NCBI GenBank assembly: GCA_017450325.1
Contig: JAFSVB010000080.1
Coordinates: 1 to 49,406, forward strand
Source of the DNA: Bacilli bacterium
GTDB taxonomy: Bacteria; Bacillota_I; Bacilli_A; RFN20; CAG-826
Direction: 5' to 3'
Length of the DNA: 49,406 nt
In this document: positions 8,690-19,100 of the stretch, one piece after another
Position numbering within the stretch: position 1 is the stretch's first letter
Layout: every line of letters begins with the position of its first letter
The notes under the pieces: generated by a model
What the model was told of the DNA's origin: nothing
The model's database searches: none
What the model saw: the letters and a program-made list of their open reading frames with translations, nothing else
Made by a program: the position numbers and the translations under genes

Positions 8690-9475
8690 ATGTTTAAAAA
8701 AGGTGGAATCGCCTGGATTGTCTGGAACATCCTATTTGCCGCGTTATTCATGACGCTTGGCATCGTGACGTGCGTCAATTCGGGCAATTCAGATTTCCAG
8801 AATGTCGTGATTCTCATCGCGGGCATCATCGTCATCGTCGACGCATCTCTTCGTTTGCTGACGCTCGCGCTCACCATCATCGCCAGCAAGGCTGAAAAGG
8901 AAATAAGCACTCAGGTCGCTCGTGCAGCCGCTTCTTCAAGCGAGCTTGCCATCGGCATTCTGCTCATCCTCGTCTCGCAAGGACAAAGCGCGGATTTGGT
9001 TGTCTTGTTCCAATACCTGGCCTACTTCATCGGCATCCTGCTCATCACCCTCGGCGCGGTCGCAGTGCTCTTTAGCGTCGTCTTCTTAATCCGCAAGGTC
9101 TCCACGATGGGCGCGAAGATCGGCGGAATCATCATCGGCGCGTTGCTCGTTACCGGCGGCATCCTCGTCTTGGTATATGCAAACCAAGAAGCCATGCTTC
9201 AAATCTTCTTCGTCTTGTTCGGCATCCTGTTGATCCTCATTGCCGTCGCGATGATCTTTGGCACGATTGGCGTCGCGATTGCGGTGCGCCATGGCGCGAA
9301 GCTCGCGGAAGAGGCTAATAACGCCTCCGCCGACGAACCAAACGCCGCCGACCCCAAAGCCATCGACGCAGTCGTCGAAGAGGAAAAGGCGGAACCTTCC
9401 GAAGAGAAGATTGAACCTGCTGAAGATAAAGCAGAGCCCACGGAAGAGCCTGAAGAAAAGAAAGACGCTGAATAA
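8690..9475 (+). CDS. Integral membrane protein (~6 TM, acidic tail), paralog of 6942-7739
   Basis: RBS AAGGAGG; hydrophobic helices; E/K/P-rich tail. Confidence 0.8.
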   Translation: MFKKGGIAWIVWNILFAALFMTLGIVTCVNSGNSDFQNVVILIAGIIVIVDASLRLLTLALTIIASKAEKEISTQVARAAASSSELAIGILLILVSQGQSADLVVLFQYLAYFIGILLITLGAVAVLFSVVFLIRKVSTMGAKIGGIIIGALLVTGGILVLVYANQEAMLQIFFVLFGILLILIAVAMIFGTIGVAIAVRHGAKLAEEANNASADEPNAADPKAIDAVVEEEKAEPSEEKIEPAEDKAEPTEEPEEKKDAE

Positions 9476-9478
9476 AAC

Positions 9479-9524
9479 AAAACCGTCGCTTCTCAAGAAT
9501 ATCCTTGATTTGCGGCGGTTTTTT
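9479..9524. terminator. Bidirectional terminator-like hairpin
   Basis: AAAACCGTCGC...TCAAG-loop-CTTGA...GCGGCGGTTTT between convergent genes. Confidence 0.6.
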
Positions 9525-9529
9525 CTTTT

Positions 9530-10333
9530 TTAACGGCTTTTTGCAGCGATAATGAGATTCTTCACAAGGGCAAGTCGAGTCAATAGACCAACCCCACCCG
9601 GTACAGGAGTCTGTAAAGCGACCGGCAGTCCAGCCACGGCATCGCCACGAAGCTTTCCTTCTTCGTTGCGATTGATGCCTACGTCCACGATCACGGCGCT
9701 AGGCTTATATTTGAAGCGCGCATCGAGGAAACCCAAGCGTCCAATCGCCACGACGATGAGGTCCGCATGAGCGATATAGAATGCCTTATCTTCTTCCGTG
9801 GTCCTAGAATGAAGCACGGTGACGTTGCAATGCTTGGAGAGCAAGAGTTTCGCCATGGGCTTGCCAACGATTTCACTGCGGCCAAGCACCACCGCATTCT
9901 TGCCAACGAAGGGGAACCCCTCCTCGGTCAAGTAATCGACGATGCCTTTCGGCGTGCAGGGCACGAAGGACGTTAACGGATGAAAGCCATCGACGTCCTT
10001 TTTCGGATCGACGGCTAGTTTTACCTTGGCTTCCGAGATATGGCTTGGAAGAGGAAGCTGGACGATGATGCCATCGACGTCCTCATCTTCGTTATATTCC
10101 GCGATTTTGCCTAGAAGATAGTCTTCTTCCGTCGTGGGCGGCAGGAGGCAAAGCGTGGCGCGCGCCCCTACTTCGTCACAGTCCTTGATCTTCCCACGGA
10201 CATAAGCGTCCGAGGCCGGAGAATCATTGGCCTGAATGATCACAAGATGCGGGATGTGCGGAAGAGCGGCAACTTCCGCGGAGAGTTGTTCTTTTTCTTT
10301 TGCTACAAATTCTTTAATGGTCATGCTGGGCAT
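9530..10333 (-). CDS. folD: Methylenetetrahydrofolate dehydrogenase/cyclohydrolase
   Basis: YVRGK, GIIVQLPLP, KDVDGFH, PCTPKG, GRSEIVGKP, DVGINR, TPVPGGVG. Confidence 0.96.
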   Translation of the reverse strand: MPSMTIKEFVAKEKEQLSAEVAALPHIPHLVIIQANDSPASDAYVRGKIKDCDEVGARATLCLLPPTTEEDYLLGKIAEYNEDEDVDGIIVQLPLPSHISEAKVKLAVDPKKDVDGFHPLTSFVPCTPKGIVDYLTEEGFPFVGKNAVVLGRSEIVGKPMAKLLLSKHCNVTVLHSRTTEEDKAFYIAHADLIVVAIGRLGFLDARFKYKPSAVIVDVGINRNEEGKLRGDAVAGLPVALQTPVPGGVGLLTRLALVKNLIIAAKSR

Positions 10334-10384
10334 GGTAGCACTTCGGAAGAAAAAGTGTAGAGGAGAATCATTATTTCGCGCTGA

Positions 10385-10409
10385 AAAAAGAAAAAACGGC
10401 TCGCGCCGT
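10385..10409 (-). terminator. Terminator downstream of secG
   Basis: Minus strand ACGGC-GCGA-GCCGT followed by a long T tract. Confidence 0.55.
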
Positions 10410-10430
10410 CGTTTCCGTTCTCGATGATTC

Positions 10431-10721
10431 TTACCGGAAGAGCGAGACGATTGCCGCCGTCGTTTCCGTGGTATCCGAGGAGGAGCTCCCGTTCCCAGCC
10501 AAGACCGAGATCATAAGGGCTAGGAAGAAGAACAGAATAGCAAACCCGAAGGTTAACCAAGTGACGACCTTTTCGGAACCGCGCTCCTTGGTTTTGGCGA
10601 AGACATTGAGTCCGCCGCCGGTAATCGCGCCCGAAGCGCCGCCGGTTTTACCACCCTGAAGGAGCGAAAGGACGATAATGATCAACGAGACGATAATGAA
10701 GATGATGTCATACCATTTCAT
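10431..10721 (-). CDS. secG: Preprotein translocase subunit SecG
   Basis: LLQGGKTGGASGAITGGG...KTKERGSEK between two TM helices; RBS GGAGG before MKWYD. Confidence 0.92.
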   Translation of the reverse strand: MKWYDIIFIIVSLIIIVLSLLQGGKTGGASGAITGGGLNVFAKTKERGSEKVVTWLTFGFAILFFFLALMISVLAGNGSSSSDTTETTAAIVSLFR

Positions 10722-10898
10722 GAACGTTACCTCCTTCATGCGCAAATGCGCCTAATAAAGATACTCCACCCGCTTGTCTTTGACAATATTTGTTGCACTT
10801 TTCGCTTTAGTGAGCGTCTATGAATCGGAACGGTTCCTCTCAACGATGCATTTACAAAGCGTCATTTGCGGCTATCATTCCTAAGCGAGGTAGCTCCC

Positions 10899-11249
10899 AT
10901 GCAAGATAAAGAACTCTATGAATCGACGATAGCACGATATACGCATCTTGGAAAAATATTCCTGATTTGCGGGATTATTGCCGTTGCAGCTTCGAATATT
11001 GCGTCGATTATCCTCGCTGTTTTCGCGGCGATAAACTCCGGCATCGCCGCGTCACCAAACGGGATTACGATCCCCGTTTTGTTCCAGAAGCCTTCTTTTT
11101 GGCTCTTCGTCGTGGCCGCGACGATTTTGTCCGATGGCGGAGCGGCCTTGATCGTCCTGCGTTTCACGCTTTGCAATATCAAAGTCCGCCACGCTCGGGC
11201 AAGGCTTGCGGAACTAGAAAAGAAAGACGAATCAGAGAAGGCCGCCTAA
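10899..11249 (+). CDS. Hypothetical 2-TM membrane protein
   Basis: GAGG RBS before ATG 10899; two hydrophobic segments. Confidence 0.65.
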   Translation: MQDKELYESTIARYTHLGKIFLICGIIAVAASNIASIILAVFAAINSGIAASPNGITIPVLFQKPSFWLFVVAATILSDGGAALIVLRFTLCNIKVRHARARLAELEKKDESEKAA

Positions 11250-11849
11250 GTCAAAGACGCGAATACCTTGATAGTCCGGATGGACATTTTCGCGGTCCAC
11301 GAGAACGCCAGAGATGCCCGCGTTTTCACCACACTCGGGGTCTTGTAGGGAATCGCCGACATAGCAAACGGAGCTATCCGCTTCGATCCCAAGGATGCTT
11401 AAAGCCGTGAGAATCGGCTCAGGGTGGGGCTTTCCGTTTGAAAACATATCCGAGCCGACGATGCAATCAAATGGCAAGTCAATACCCAGGGACTTTAAGA
11501 CAAGGCGGATATGGGTGGAGGTATTGTTTGAGACGATGCCGATTCGCTTACCCGCCTGGACGAGTTGCCTTAAGACGCCCTCCGTCTCCTGGAAGGCTTT
11601 GATCAACGCGATGGACTCTGGCATGTCCAAGGCATCGATGATGCCATCGACAACCGTTTGGTAATCTTCTTCCGCGATGCCCGAATCAACCAGCGACTGC
11701 AGCAGATTCAGGTGCATCCACCGCTCGCATTGCTCCGGCGTGGCATGGTAGCCGATCTTATCAAACCCTGCGCGGAAAACAGGCACTAAGGATTCCCTGG
11801 TATCGCAGAGCGTTCCATCAAAATCGAATAAATAAACCGAGAACTGCAT
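11232..11849 (-). CDS. HAD-IA hydrolase (Gph/PpaX-like)
   Basis: FDFDGTL, VSNN, KPHPEP, YVGDS. Confidence 0.9.
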   Translation of the reverse strand: MQFSVYLFDFDGTLCDTRESLVPVFRAGFDKIGYHATPEQCERWMHLNLLQSLVDSGIAEEDYQTVVDGIIDALDMPESIALIKAFQETEGVLRQLVQAGKRIGIVSNNTSTHIRLVLKSLGIDLPFDCIVGSDMFSNGKPHPEPILTALSILGIEADSSVCYVGDSLQDPECGENAGISGVLVDRENVHPDYQGIRVFDLGGLL

Positions 11850-11851
11850 AG

Positions 11852-13828
11852 TTATCCGTCCAAATCCGCCTTTAATTCAAACATGATGTCGCGTAGTTTC
11901 GCGGCGCGCTCGAAGTCGTATTCCTTCGCGGCGGCCTTCATTTGCTTCTCGATATCGGCAATCATGCGCTGGAGCTCGCTGCGGCTCTTCTTTTCTTTGC
12001 CGCGCAACGCTTCAACGCCCTCGTCCTCGACGTTATGTAACGGCGGTCGAATTTCTTTTTTGATGGTTGTAGGAACGATGCCGTATTCTTCGTTATAGGC
12101 CATTTGCTTCGCCCTGCGGCGCTTCGTCTCGTTGATGGCTTCCATCATCGAGTCCGAATACGTATCCGCGTACATAATAACGCGGCCGTTCGCGTTTCTA
12201 GCCGCACGGCCGATGACTTGAATCAAAGAACGCGTGGAGCGGAGGAATCCCTCCTTATCCGCGTCGAAGATCGCGATGAGCGACACTTCCGGTATGTCTA
12301 GGCCTTCGCGCAGCAAGTTAATGCCGACGAGCACGTCGTATTTGCCTTTTCGGAGTTGGTAGATGATCTCGGTGCGTTCCAAGGTCTTGGTCTCGTTATG
12401 AAGGTAGGTCACTTTGAGCCCTTCGTCCTTAAGGTAGGCGGTTAAATCCTCCGCCATCTTGATGGTCGAGGTTACGACCATGGTGCGTTCGCCTTTTTCA
12501 ATGCGCTTCTTGATTTCGGAGATGAGATCGAAAACCTGTCCCATCGTCGGGCGGACCTCGATGATGGGGTCTAATAGTCCCGTGGGACGGATGATTTGCT
12601 CGACGACCTCGCCACAGCGTTCCAGTTCATAATCACCCGGCGTGGCGGAGGTACAGATGACGGTATCGGGCATCAGTTCCTCGAATTCCTGGAAGTTGAG
12701 CGGACGGTTATCGAGGGCGCTAGGCAAACGGAAACCATATTCCACCAACGTTTCCTTACGAGAGCGGTCACCGTTGTACATACCGCGGATCTGAGGAATA
12801 GAGGCATGGGACTCGTCGATTAAAAGCAGGAAGTCCTTGGGCATGTAGTCCATCAAGGAATACGGGCGCTGACCAGGCTTACGACCATCGATGTGGCGCG
12901 AGTAGTTCTCGATGCCCGGGCAACGGCCGAATTCGCGCATTGATTCCATGTCTTGGCGCGTCCTCATTTCTAAGCGCTCCGCCTCGAGGAGTTTCCCCTC
13001 GGAACGGAAATAGGCGAGACGTTCCTCAAGTTCCTCGGCAATGGTCTCACAAGCTGCCTCGATGCGCGCCCTTGTGGAAGCGTGATCATAGGCGGGGAAG
13101 ATGGGATAGGTCGCGAAGGTCTTTTCGACGGTTCCCGTGATGGAATTAACCTGTGAAATAGATTCCACCTCGTCTCCGAAAAGGTCTAGACGGATATAGA
13201 AATCATGCGTCGCGGGCGCAATGTCGATGATGTCGCCATGGACGCGGAAGGTGCCTGGCTTCAGGTCGATGTTATTTCGGGTATACTGCGCATCCAAAAG
13301 ATGTCGGTAAAGCTCCTTGCGGTCGAGTTCCTCCCCCACGCGGATTTCAAAGATGAGGCCTTTGTATTCATTCGGGTCCGATAAGCCGTAGATCGCCGCG
13401 ACCGAAGCCACGACGATCGTATCGCGCCGCGAAAGAACCGAGTTCATCGCAGAAGTGCGCATCATGTCGATTTCTTCATTCATGACCGCATTCTTATCGA
13501 TGTAGGTATCCGACTTTGGCAAATAGGCTTCTGGCTGGTAGAAATCGAAGTTGGAGATGAAGTATTCGACGCGGTTCTCGGGAAAGAGTTCCTTAAACTC
13601 GCCATAAAGCTGCGCCGCGAGGGTTTTGTTGTGAACCAAAACAAGGGTCGGACGGTTTAAGGCGGCGACGATATTCGCGTCTGTAAACGTCTTGCCCGTG
13701 CCGGTCGCGCCCTTAATCACCTGAATCTTCTTGCCATCCTTTACGCCTTGCAAAATCGAGGCGATAGCCGCGGGCTGATCGCCGGTCGGCACGAAGGGTG
13801 AAACGAGTTTAAAAGCGCGATTATCCAT
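11852..13828 (-). CDS. uvrB: Excinuclease ABC subunit B
   Basis: GATGTGKT, FYQPEAY, DESH, GFRLPSALDNRP, C-terminal FERAAKLRD; start MDNRAF (13828). Confidence 0.97.
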   Translation of the reverse strand: MDNRAFKLVSPFVPTGDQPAAIASILQGVKDGKKIQVIKGATGTGKTFTDANIVAALNRPTLVLVHNKTLAAQLYGEFKELFPENRVEYFISNFDFYQPEAYLPKSDTYIDKNAVMNEEIDMMRTSAMNSVLSRRDTIVVASVAAIYGLSDPNEYKGLIFEIRVGEELDRKELYRHLLDAQYTRNNIDLKPGTFRVHGDIIDIAPATHDFYIRLDLFGDEVESISQVNSITGTVEKTFATYPIFPAYDHASTRARIEAACETIAEELEERLAYFRSEGKLLEAERLEMRTRQDMESMREFGRCPGIENYSRHIDGRKPGQRPYSLMDYMPKDFLLLIDESHASIPQIRGMYNGDRSRKETLVEYGFRLPSALDNRPLNFQEFEELMPDTVICTSATPGDYELERCGEVVEQIIRPTGLLDPIIEVRPTMGQVFDLISEIKKRIEKGERTMVVTSTIKMAEDLTAYLKDEGLKVTYLHNETKTLERTEIIYQLRKGKYDVLVGINLLREGLDIPEVSLIAIFDADKEGFLRSTRSLIQVIGRAARNANGRVIMYADTYSDSMMEAINETKRRRAKQMAYNEEYGIVPTTIKKEIRPPLHNVEDEGVEALRGKEKKSRSELQRMIADIEKQMKAAAKEYDFERAAKLRDIMFELKADLDG

Positions 13829-14789
13829 GCAAATCCTTGTCTTTTTGATTGTTTTTTTGACGGACGAGCGGGTCAAAACCCTCACCGTTAATCATGGATG
13901 CCTTGGTGAAGGTGACAAAGGCTCTCGGGTCCACGTTACCAATATAATCGCGGAACGCAAACAGCTCGCGCGAGGAGAACGCAACGCGAATTAGTTTCTT
14001 TCCTTCACCGGAATAGCCGCCCGTCACATCGATGACGGTAGTCGCATGGTCCATGTTTTTATGGACATATTCCTGAATCTTCTCATATTCGACGGAAATG
14101 ATGTCCGCGATAATAAAGGATTCGGCATTCACGTATACGTATTGAATCGCAAGCGCGCACGTGAAGGCGCCGATGACGCCGACGAGGGCGATGCGCACGT
14201 CCCTGGTCGCGATAACGCCGACGAGTACAAGCGTCGCGTCTAACGCGAACGAGGCGACGGCTTCCTTGACAGGGGTGTTGCGCGCGATAATCGTGCAGAT
14301 CACGTCAAGGCCGCCCGTAGAGCCGCCCGCATGGTAGCATGTAGCCACACCTACGCCGACCAAAACGCCGCCAGCGAGTGCCGCAAGTATGAGCTGGCCG
14401 AAATCCGCAGGGTCAAAAAGACGGCAGATATAATTGCCGAGGCTAAGCCCCCCAAACACTTGAACGCGCGTGAATAGCGAAAAGAGCAAAGGATAAAGCA
14501 GACTCGTGTAAATCGTGCGAATCGTGTATTTCTTGCCGAGCACCAAAAAACTGATAAGAAGCAAGACCACCTGGGCAGCGCCCGTGATGATGTCGACCGC
14601 ATAGAAGTCTGATCCCGAGAGGGAAATGAAGTGCTGGATGATGACGCCGATGGACAAGACGCCACCCGTAACAAGTCCTAAGGGGGAGATGAAAGCGGCT
14701 GAGCCAAAAGCCAAAACAAGGCACCCAAGTGTCAAAATTAAGTATTTTTTGGCAATGGCAAAGCCTTTTGACTTCGTAAACCTAGCCAT
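13821..14789 (-). CDS. YitT family membrane protein (with DUF2179-like C-terminus)
   Basis: [19 protein letters not shown]...VDPRAFV. Confidence 0.88.
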   Translation of the reverse strand: MARFTKSKGFAIAKKYLILTLGCLVLAFGSAAFISPLGLVTGGVLSIGVIIQHFISLSGSDFYAVDIITGAAQVVLLLISFLVLGKKYTIRTIYTSLLYPLLFSLFTRVQVFGGLSLGNYICRLFDPADFGQLILAALAGGVLVGVGVATCYHAGGSTGGLDVICTIIARNTPVKEAVASFALDATLVLVGVIATRDVRIALVGVIGAFTCALAIQYVYVNAESFIIADIISVEYEKIQEYVHKNMDHATTVIDVTGGYSGEGKKLIRVAFSSRELFAFRDYIGNVDPRAFVTFTKASMINGEGFDPLVRQKNNQKDKDLHG

Positions 14790-15889
14790 GACGTGCCTCA
14801 GATTCTAAATAAGCGTAGATAAAGGGCAGGATATCGCCATCCATCACGCCATTGACATCACCCGTTTGATAATCGGTGCGATGGTCTTTCACCATCGTAT
14901 AGGGCTGGAAGACATAGCTGCGAATCTGGGAACCCCACTCGATGTTCTTCTGCTCGCCTTGGATGGACTTTAGCTCACGGTTGCGTTCTTCGAGCTTACG
15001 CTGCATCAAAAGGTCGGTCAGCATCGACATGCAGTTTTCTTTATTCATCAGCTGGGAGCGCTCGACCTGGCACTGAACGACAATGCCCGTCGGAAGGTGG
15101 GTGATGCGAACGGCGGAAGAGACCTTGTTCACGTTTTGGCCGCCGGCGCCGCCAGAACGGTATGTATCGACGCGGAGGTCCTTAGGATCGATGACGATAT
15201 CGCTGATCGCGCCAAATTCTGGAATGACGTTGACGGAAGCAAAGCTCGTATGGCGACGCGCCGCAGCGTCGAATGGCGAGATGCGAACCAGGCGATGGAC
15301 GCCTTTTTCGCCTTTGAGATGGCCATAGGCATCGGGACCGGAAATCTTCAAAGCGATGGACTTAATACCCGCTTCGTCGCCTTCTTCCATGTCCATGACT
15401 TGCAGTTTGAAGCCGTTGCGCTCGCAAAAGCGGCCATACATGCGCGAAAGCATCTGAGCCCAGTCTTGGGCTTCGGTGCCGCCAGCGCCCGCATGGACTT
15501 CCAGCGTGCAGTTCAATGCGTCATATTCGCCCGAGAACAAGAGCTTATGGCGGAGGTCTTCGCATTCCGTCCCGAGCTCTTCTTCCATGGAGTCGATTAG
15601 CTCGATCATCTCCCCATCGCCTTCCGAGGTCTCGGAAAGGAGGGCGTTGATATCGTCCATGGCCGAGACGGATTTTTCGTAGACGCCAAGCTTTCCCGTC
15701 AAAGCGGAGTAGCGCGCCATGACGACTTTGGCGGAATTGGGATCATCCCAAAAACCGTCCTTGTTTTGTTTTTCTTCCAGCGAGGCGATCTCCGACTTTA
15801 TCTTAGGCAGGTCAAAGAGAGTCACCGAGCTGCGAGACAAGACGGCCGAGTTCCACGGCCCTCTGTTTTAATTCGACGAGCTCTTTCAT
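14782..15889 (-). CDS. prfB: Peptide chain release factor 2 with programmed +1 frameshift
   Basis: First frame ATG 15889 [25 protein letters not shown] then CTT-TGA-C; the +1 frame continues DLPKIK...; SPF and GGQ motifs. Confidence 0.96.
15811..15826 (-). promoter_or_regulatory. prfB +1 frameshift site
   Basis: GGTGAC-TCT-CTTTGAC, CTT is codon 25; upstream GGTGA can pair with the anti-SD. Confidence 0.92.
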
Positions 15890-15933
15890 TATTCCTTTTC
15901 TCTCAAATTATCGGTGTTTTGCAGGGTTTTAGT

Positions 15934-18900
15934 TTATTCTGCAGGGTTTTCTGCAGGACGGATCTCGAGTTGAACGCGAAGCAGGTTCAAGGCGGTATCC
16001 ACGGCGACGGCATCCATTAGGAGGCTGACAAGGGGGGCGCCTTCGGCTGCGTAATCCTCGAGGGTGTTCTTCTCGGCGCGGGCAAGGATGCCTTGCTTGA
16101 AGGTCAGAAGGTTCTTGTGGTGAGCCTCCCAATCGCGGTCGATAACCTGGGCGCAGACATTGCGTTCCACGTAGTCGGCCTGTTCAGGGGTCCACTGTTT
16201 ACGGCGCTGGAGATATTTCTGATAGAGGGCATCGGAAAGTTTCTTGGTCGCCTCTTCGGTCGTGAGGTCATATTCCTCGGCGTTGAATTCGCCCTCGTCG
16301 AAGAAATTCGGAACGACCATGGCCTTCATCGGCTCAACATCGATCTTGCCTTCCTTGCTATAACGACGGCAGATGGCGCTGGCAGCGGTGTCGAAGAGGG
16401 CGCGAATCGTCTTCACGACGCTTGGAATGTGGGCGATTGTGTCGCGGAGTTCAATCGCGGCGCGATGGTGCGCCGCAACGACCTCGTCTTCATCGGGTTC
16501 GGTCGCTGGTGCGGGCGGAACGCTGGCATGGGAGGCGCTGCCGACGCGCGGGGCGGCACCGCCTTGTGCGGCGGCCTTTGCCGCTTCGGCCTGCTGCTGA
16601 GCGGCCTGCTGACGGCGCATTTGCTCCTCGCGTTCTTCGGGGGTCGTGAGACGGACGCGCATGAAGCTACGGACGCAGTCGACAGCCACCTGCTCGTTCA
16701 TTTCGCGGAAGAGGGCATAGCCTTCGTTGACGTAATCCTGAAGCGGATTGGTATGCGCGTAGGAGCGTAGACCGATGCCATCACGGAGATGGGACATCGT
16801 ATCGATATGCTTGGTCCAGTTGCGGTCGATGACGGAGAGGGAGACGTTGCGTTCGATGTAATCGGCCTGTTCCTCGGTCCACTCTTTGCGGCGCTGCAGA
16901 TACCTCTGGTAGAGGAATTCGCCTAAGTCCTCGCCGCCTTCTTCAACGGTCGCTTCCTCATAAGCCTTATACGGGAAGGCACCTTCATCCACGAAGGCAG
17001 GTTCGACTTGGCGACGGAGTTCCTCTGCGTTGATGAGGCCTTCGTCGCGGCCCGCGAGGACGGATTTCTTCGCGAGGTATTTGCCCGTGTCGACGAAGAA
17101 GGTATGCACCATCTCGCTGATGTCGCCCGCGAGCATGATATTGTCGCGGCGGGTATAGATGATCTGACGCTGCTTAGCGAGAACGTCATCGTAATCAAGG
17201 AGGTTCTTACGGGTATCGAAGTTGCGGCCCTCGATCTGCTTTTGGGCATTGGTGACGACGTTTTGAATCATGCGGTTCTCAAGGTGGTCGTCGCCGAGTT
17301 GTTTCTTAAAGGTATCGCGGATATTGTCCGGAACGAAGCGGCGCATAAGCTCGTCGTCGAAGGAAACATAGAAGCGGGAGAAACCAGGGTCACCCTGACG
17401 TCCGGAACGGCCGCGGAGCTGATTGTCGATACGGCGGGATTCATGGCGTTCGGTGCCTAAGACGCAGAGGCCGCCGAGTTCTTTGACTCCTTCGCCGAGC
17501 TTGATGTCGGTACCACGACCAGCCATGTTGGTGGCCAAGGTAACGGCGCCCTTTTCGCCTGCGTGGGAGATAATTTCCGCTTCGCGGGCGGCGTTTTTCG
17601 CATTGAGGACCTCGTGGGGGATGCCCGCGGCGGTGAGCAAGGCGGAAATTTCTTCGTTGGATTCAACGGAGGAAGTACCGATCAAAACGGGCTGCCCTTT
17701 CTCGTGGCGCTCCTTCACCTCTTGGACGAGGCCGGCGAGTTTCGCGTTGTGATTACCATAGATATGATCATCGTCGTCGATACGCTGAATCGGGCGGTTG
17801 GTCGGGATGACGATAACCTTCATGTTGTAGATCTTCTCGAATTCCTCTTCCTCGGTCTTCGCGGTACCGGTCATGCCGGAGAGTTTCTTATAGAGACGGA
17901 AGAAGTTCTGATAGGTAATCGTCGCCATGACGACGGTTTCCTGCTTGATTTCGACGCCTTCCTTGGCTTGAATCGCTTGCTGGAGACCGTCGTTATATTC
18001 GCGGCCCTTCATGATACGGCCAGTGAACTGATCGATGAGCTGGATCTGACGCTCGGAGTCAACCATGTATTCGACGTCACGCGCCATGATGTAGTTGGCT
18101 TTGAGGGCTTGGTGGATACGGTGGACGAGGTCCTGGTTTTCAGGGTCATAGAGGTTGCGGATGCCGAACATCTTCTCGGCTTTGTCGTTGCCAGAGTCGG
18201 TCAAAGAAGCGGTCTTCGTCTTGATATCGACGGTGAAGTCCTTCTCCTTCTTGAGCATTTTGACGAAGCGGTCCGCGACCTGGTATTGGCTCGCGGCGGC
18301 TTGCTTGCCACCGGAAATGATAAGCGGGGTCCTCGATTCATCGACGAGGACGGAGTCGGCTTCGTCGACGATGCAGAACTTAAGGCCGCGGAGGACGCGC
18401 CCTTGCATCGTGGTGGCCATGTTGTCGCGGAGGTAGTCGAAACCAAGCTCCGAGTTGGTCGTATAGGTGATGTCACAAAGATACGCCTCGCGCTTCTCGG
18501 CGGTGGTTTTGGAGGCGAGGTTGACGCCGACGGTCAAACCGAGGAAGCGGTAGACCTGGCCCATCCATTCCGCGTCACGGGAGGCGAGGTATTCGTTGAC
18601 GGTGATGACGTGGACGCCTTCGCCACGGAGGGCGTTGAGATAGACGGCCATGGTCGCGGTCAGGGTCTTACCTTCGCCCGTGCGCATCTCGGCGACGTTG
18701 CCGCCATCGAGGACGAGCGAGCCGACGATCTGAACCTTGAAGGGTTTCTGCTGTAAAGTGCGCCACGCCGCTTCGCGAGCGACGGCAAAGGCCTCAATCT
18801 TGATTTCTTCTTGCTTGCGGTCTTTCTCTTCCGGCGTCGTCGCGGCGGCGAGGATCGCCTTGAATTCATCGGTCTTCGCACGAAGTTCGTCATCGGTCAG

Positions 18901-19005
18901 AGCCGCCATTTTGCTATCCAGCGCCATGACGGATTCGGCTACGCGTTCGAGCCGCTTCAGTTCTCTTTTTTCGAGGTGGAATATTGCTTCAATAAAGTTA
19001 GCCAC
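15934..19005 (-). CDS. secA: Preprotein translocase ATPase SecA with duplicated C-terminal wing/scaffold module
   Basis: MRTGEGKT, VDEADS, NMAGRGTDI, RGRSGRQGDPG; likely GTG start at 19005 after AAGGAG; about 170 extra C-terminal residues repeat the SecA_SW region. Confidence 0.96.
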   Translation of the reverse strand: MANFIEAIFHLEKRELKRLERVAESVMALDSKMAALTDDELRAKTDEFKAILAAATTPEEKDRKQEEIKIEAFAVAREAAWRTLQQKPFKVQIVGSLVLDGGNVAEMRTGEGKTLTATMAVYLNALRGEGVHVITVNEYLASRDAEWMGQVYRFLGLTVGVNLASKTTAEKREAYLCDITYTTNSELGFDYLRDNMATTMQGRVLRGLKFCIVDEADSVLVDESRTPLIISGGKQAAASQYQVADRFVKMLKKEKDFTVDIKTKTASLTDSGNDKAEKMFGIRNLYDPENQDLVHRIHQALKANYIMARDVEYMVDSERQIQLIDQFTGRIMKGREYNDGLQQAIQAKEGVEIKQETVVMATITYQNFFRLYKKLSGMTGTAKTEEEEFEKIYNMKVIVIPTNRPIQRIDDDDHIYGNHNAKLAGLVQEVKERHEKGQPVLIGTSSVESNEEISALLTAAGIPHEVLNAKNAAREAEIISHAGEKGAVTLATNMAGRGTDIKLGEGVKELGGLCVLGTERHESRRIDNQLRGRSGRQGDPGFSRFYVSFDDELMRRFVPDNIRDTFKKQLGDDHLENRMIQNVVTNAQKQIEGRNFDTRKNLLDYDDVLAKQRQIIYTRRDNIMLAGDISEMVHTFFVDTGKYLAKKSVLAGRDEGLINAEELRRQVEPAFVDEGAFPYKAYEEATVEEGGEDLGEFLYQRYLQRRKEWTEEQADYIERNVSLSVIDRNWTKHIDTMSHLRDGIGLRSYAHTNPLQDYVNEGYALFREMNEQVAVDCVRSFMRVRLTTPEEREEQMRRQQAAQQQAEAAKAAAQGGAAPRVGSASHASVPPAPATEPDEDEVVAAHHRAAIELRDTIAHIPSVVKTIRALFDTAASAICRRYSKEGKIDVEPMKAMVVPNFFDEGEFNAEEYDLTTEEATKKLSDALYQKYLQRRKQWTPEQADYVERNVCAQVIDRDWEAHHKNLLTFKQGILARAEKNTLEDYAAEGAPLVSLLMDAVAVDTALNLLRVQLEIRPAENPAE

Positions 19006-19100
19006 GTTAATCTCCTTGCTCAAAAGTGCCCGTAAATCATACCATTTGGTCAAATGGTAGGCAACAATGCGTGCGTGTAATGCGCGGAACAGGCGACGCG

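Noticed and set aside
16093-18756. Long plus-strand ORFs (225, 150 and 397 aa) antisense to secA
   Set aside because: Shadow ORFs expected from the GC3-biased codon usage of secA; no recognisable motifs.
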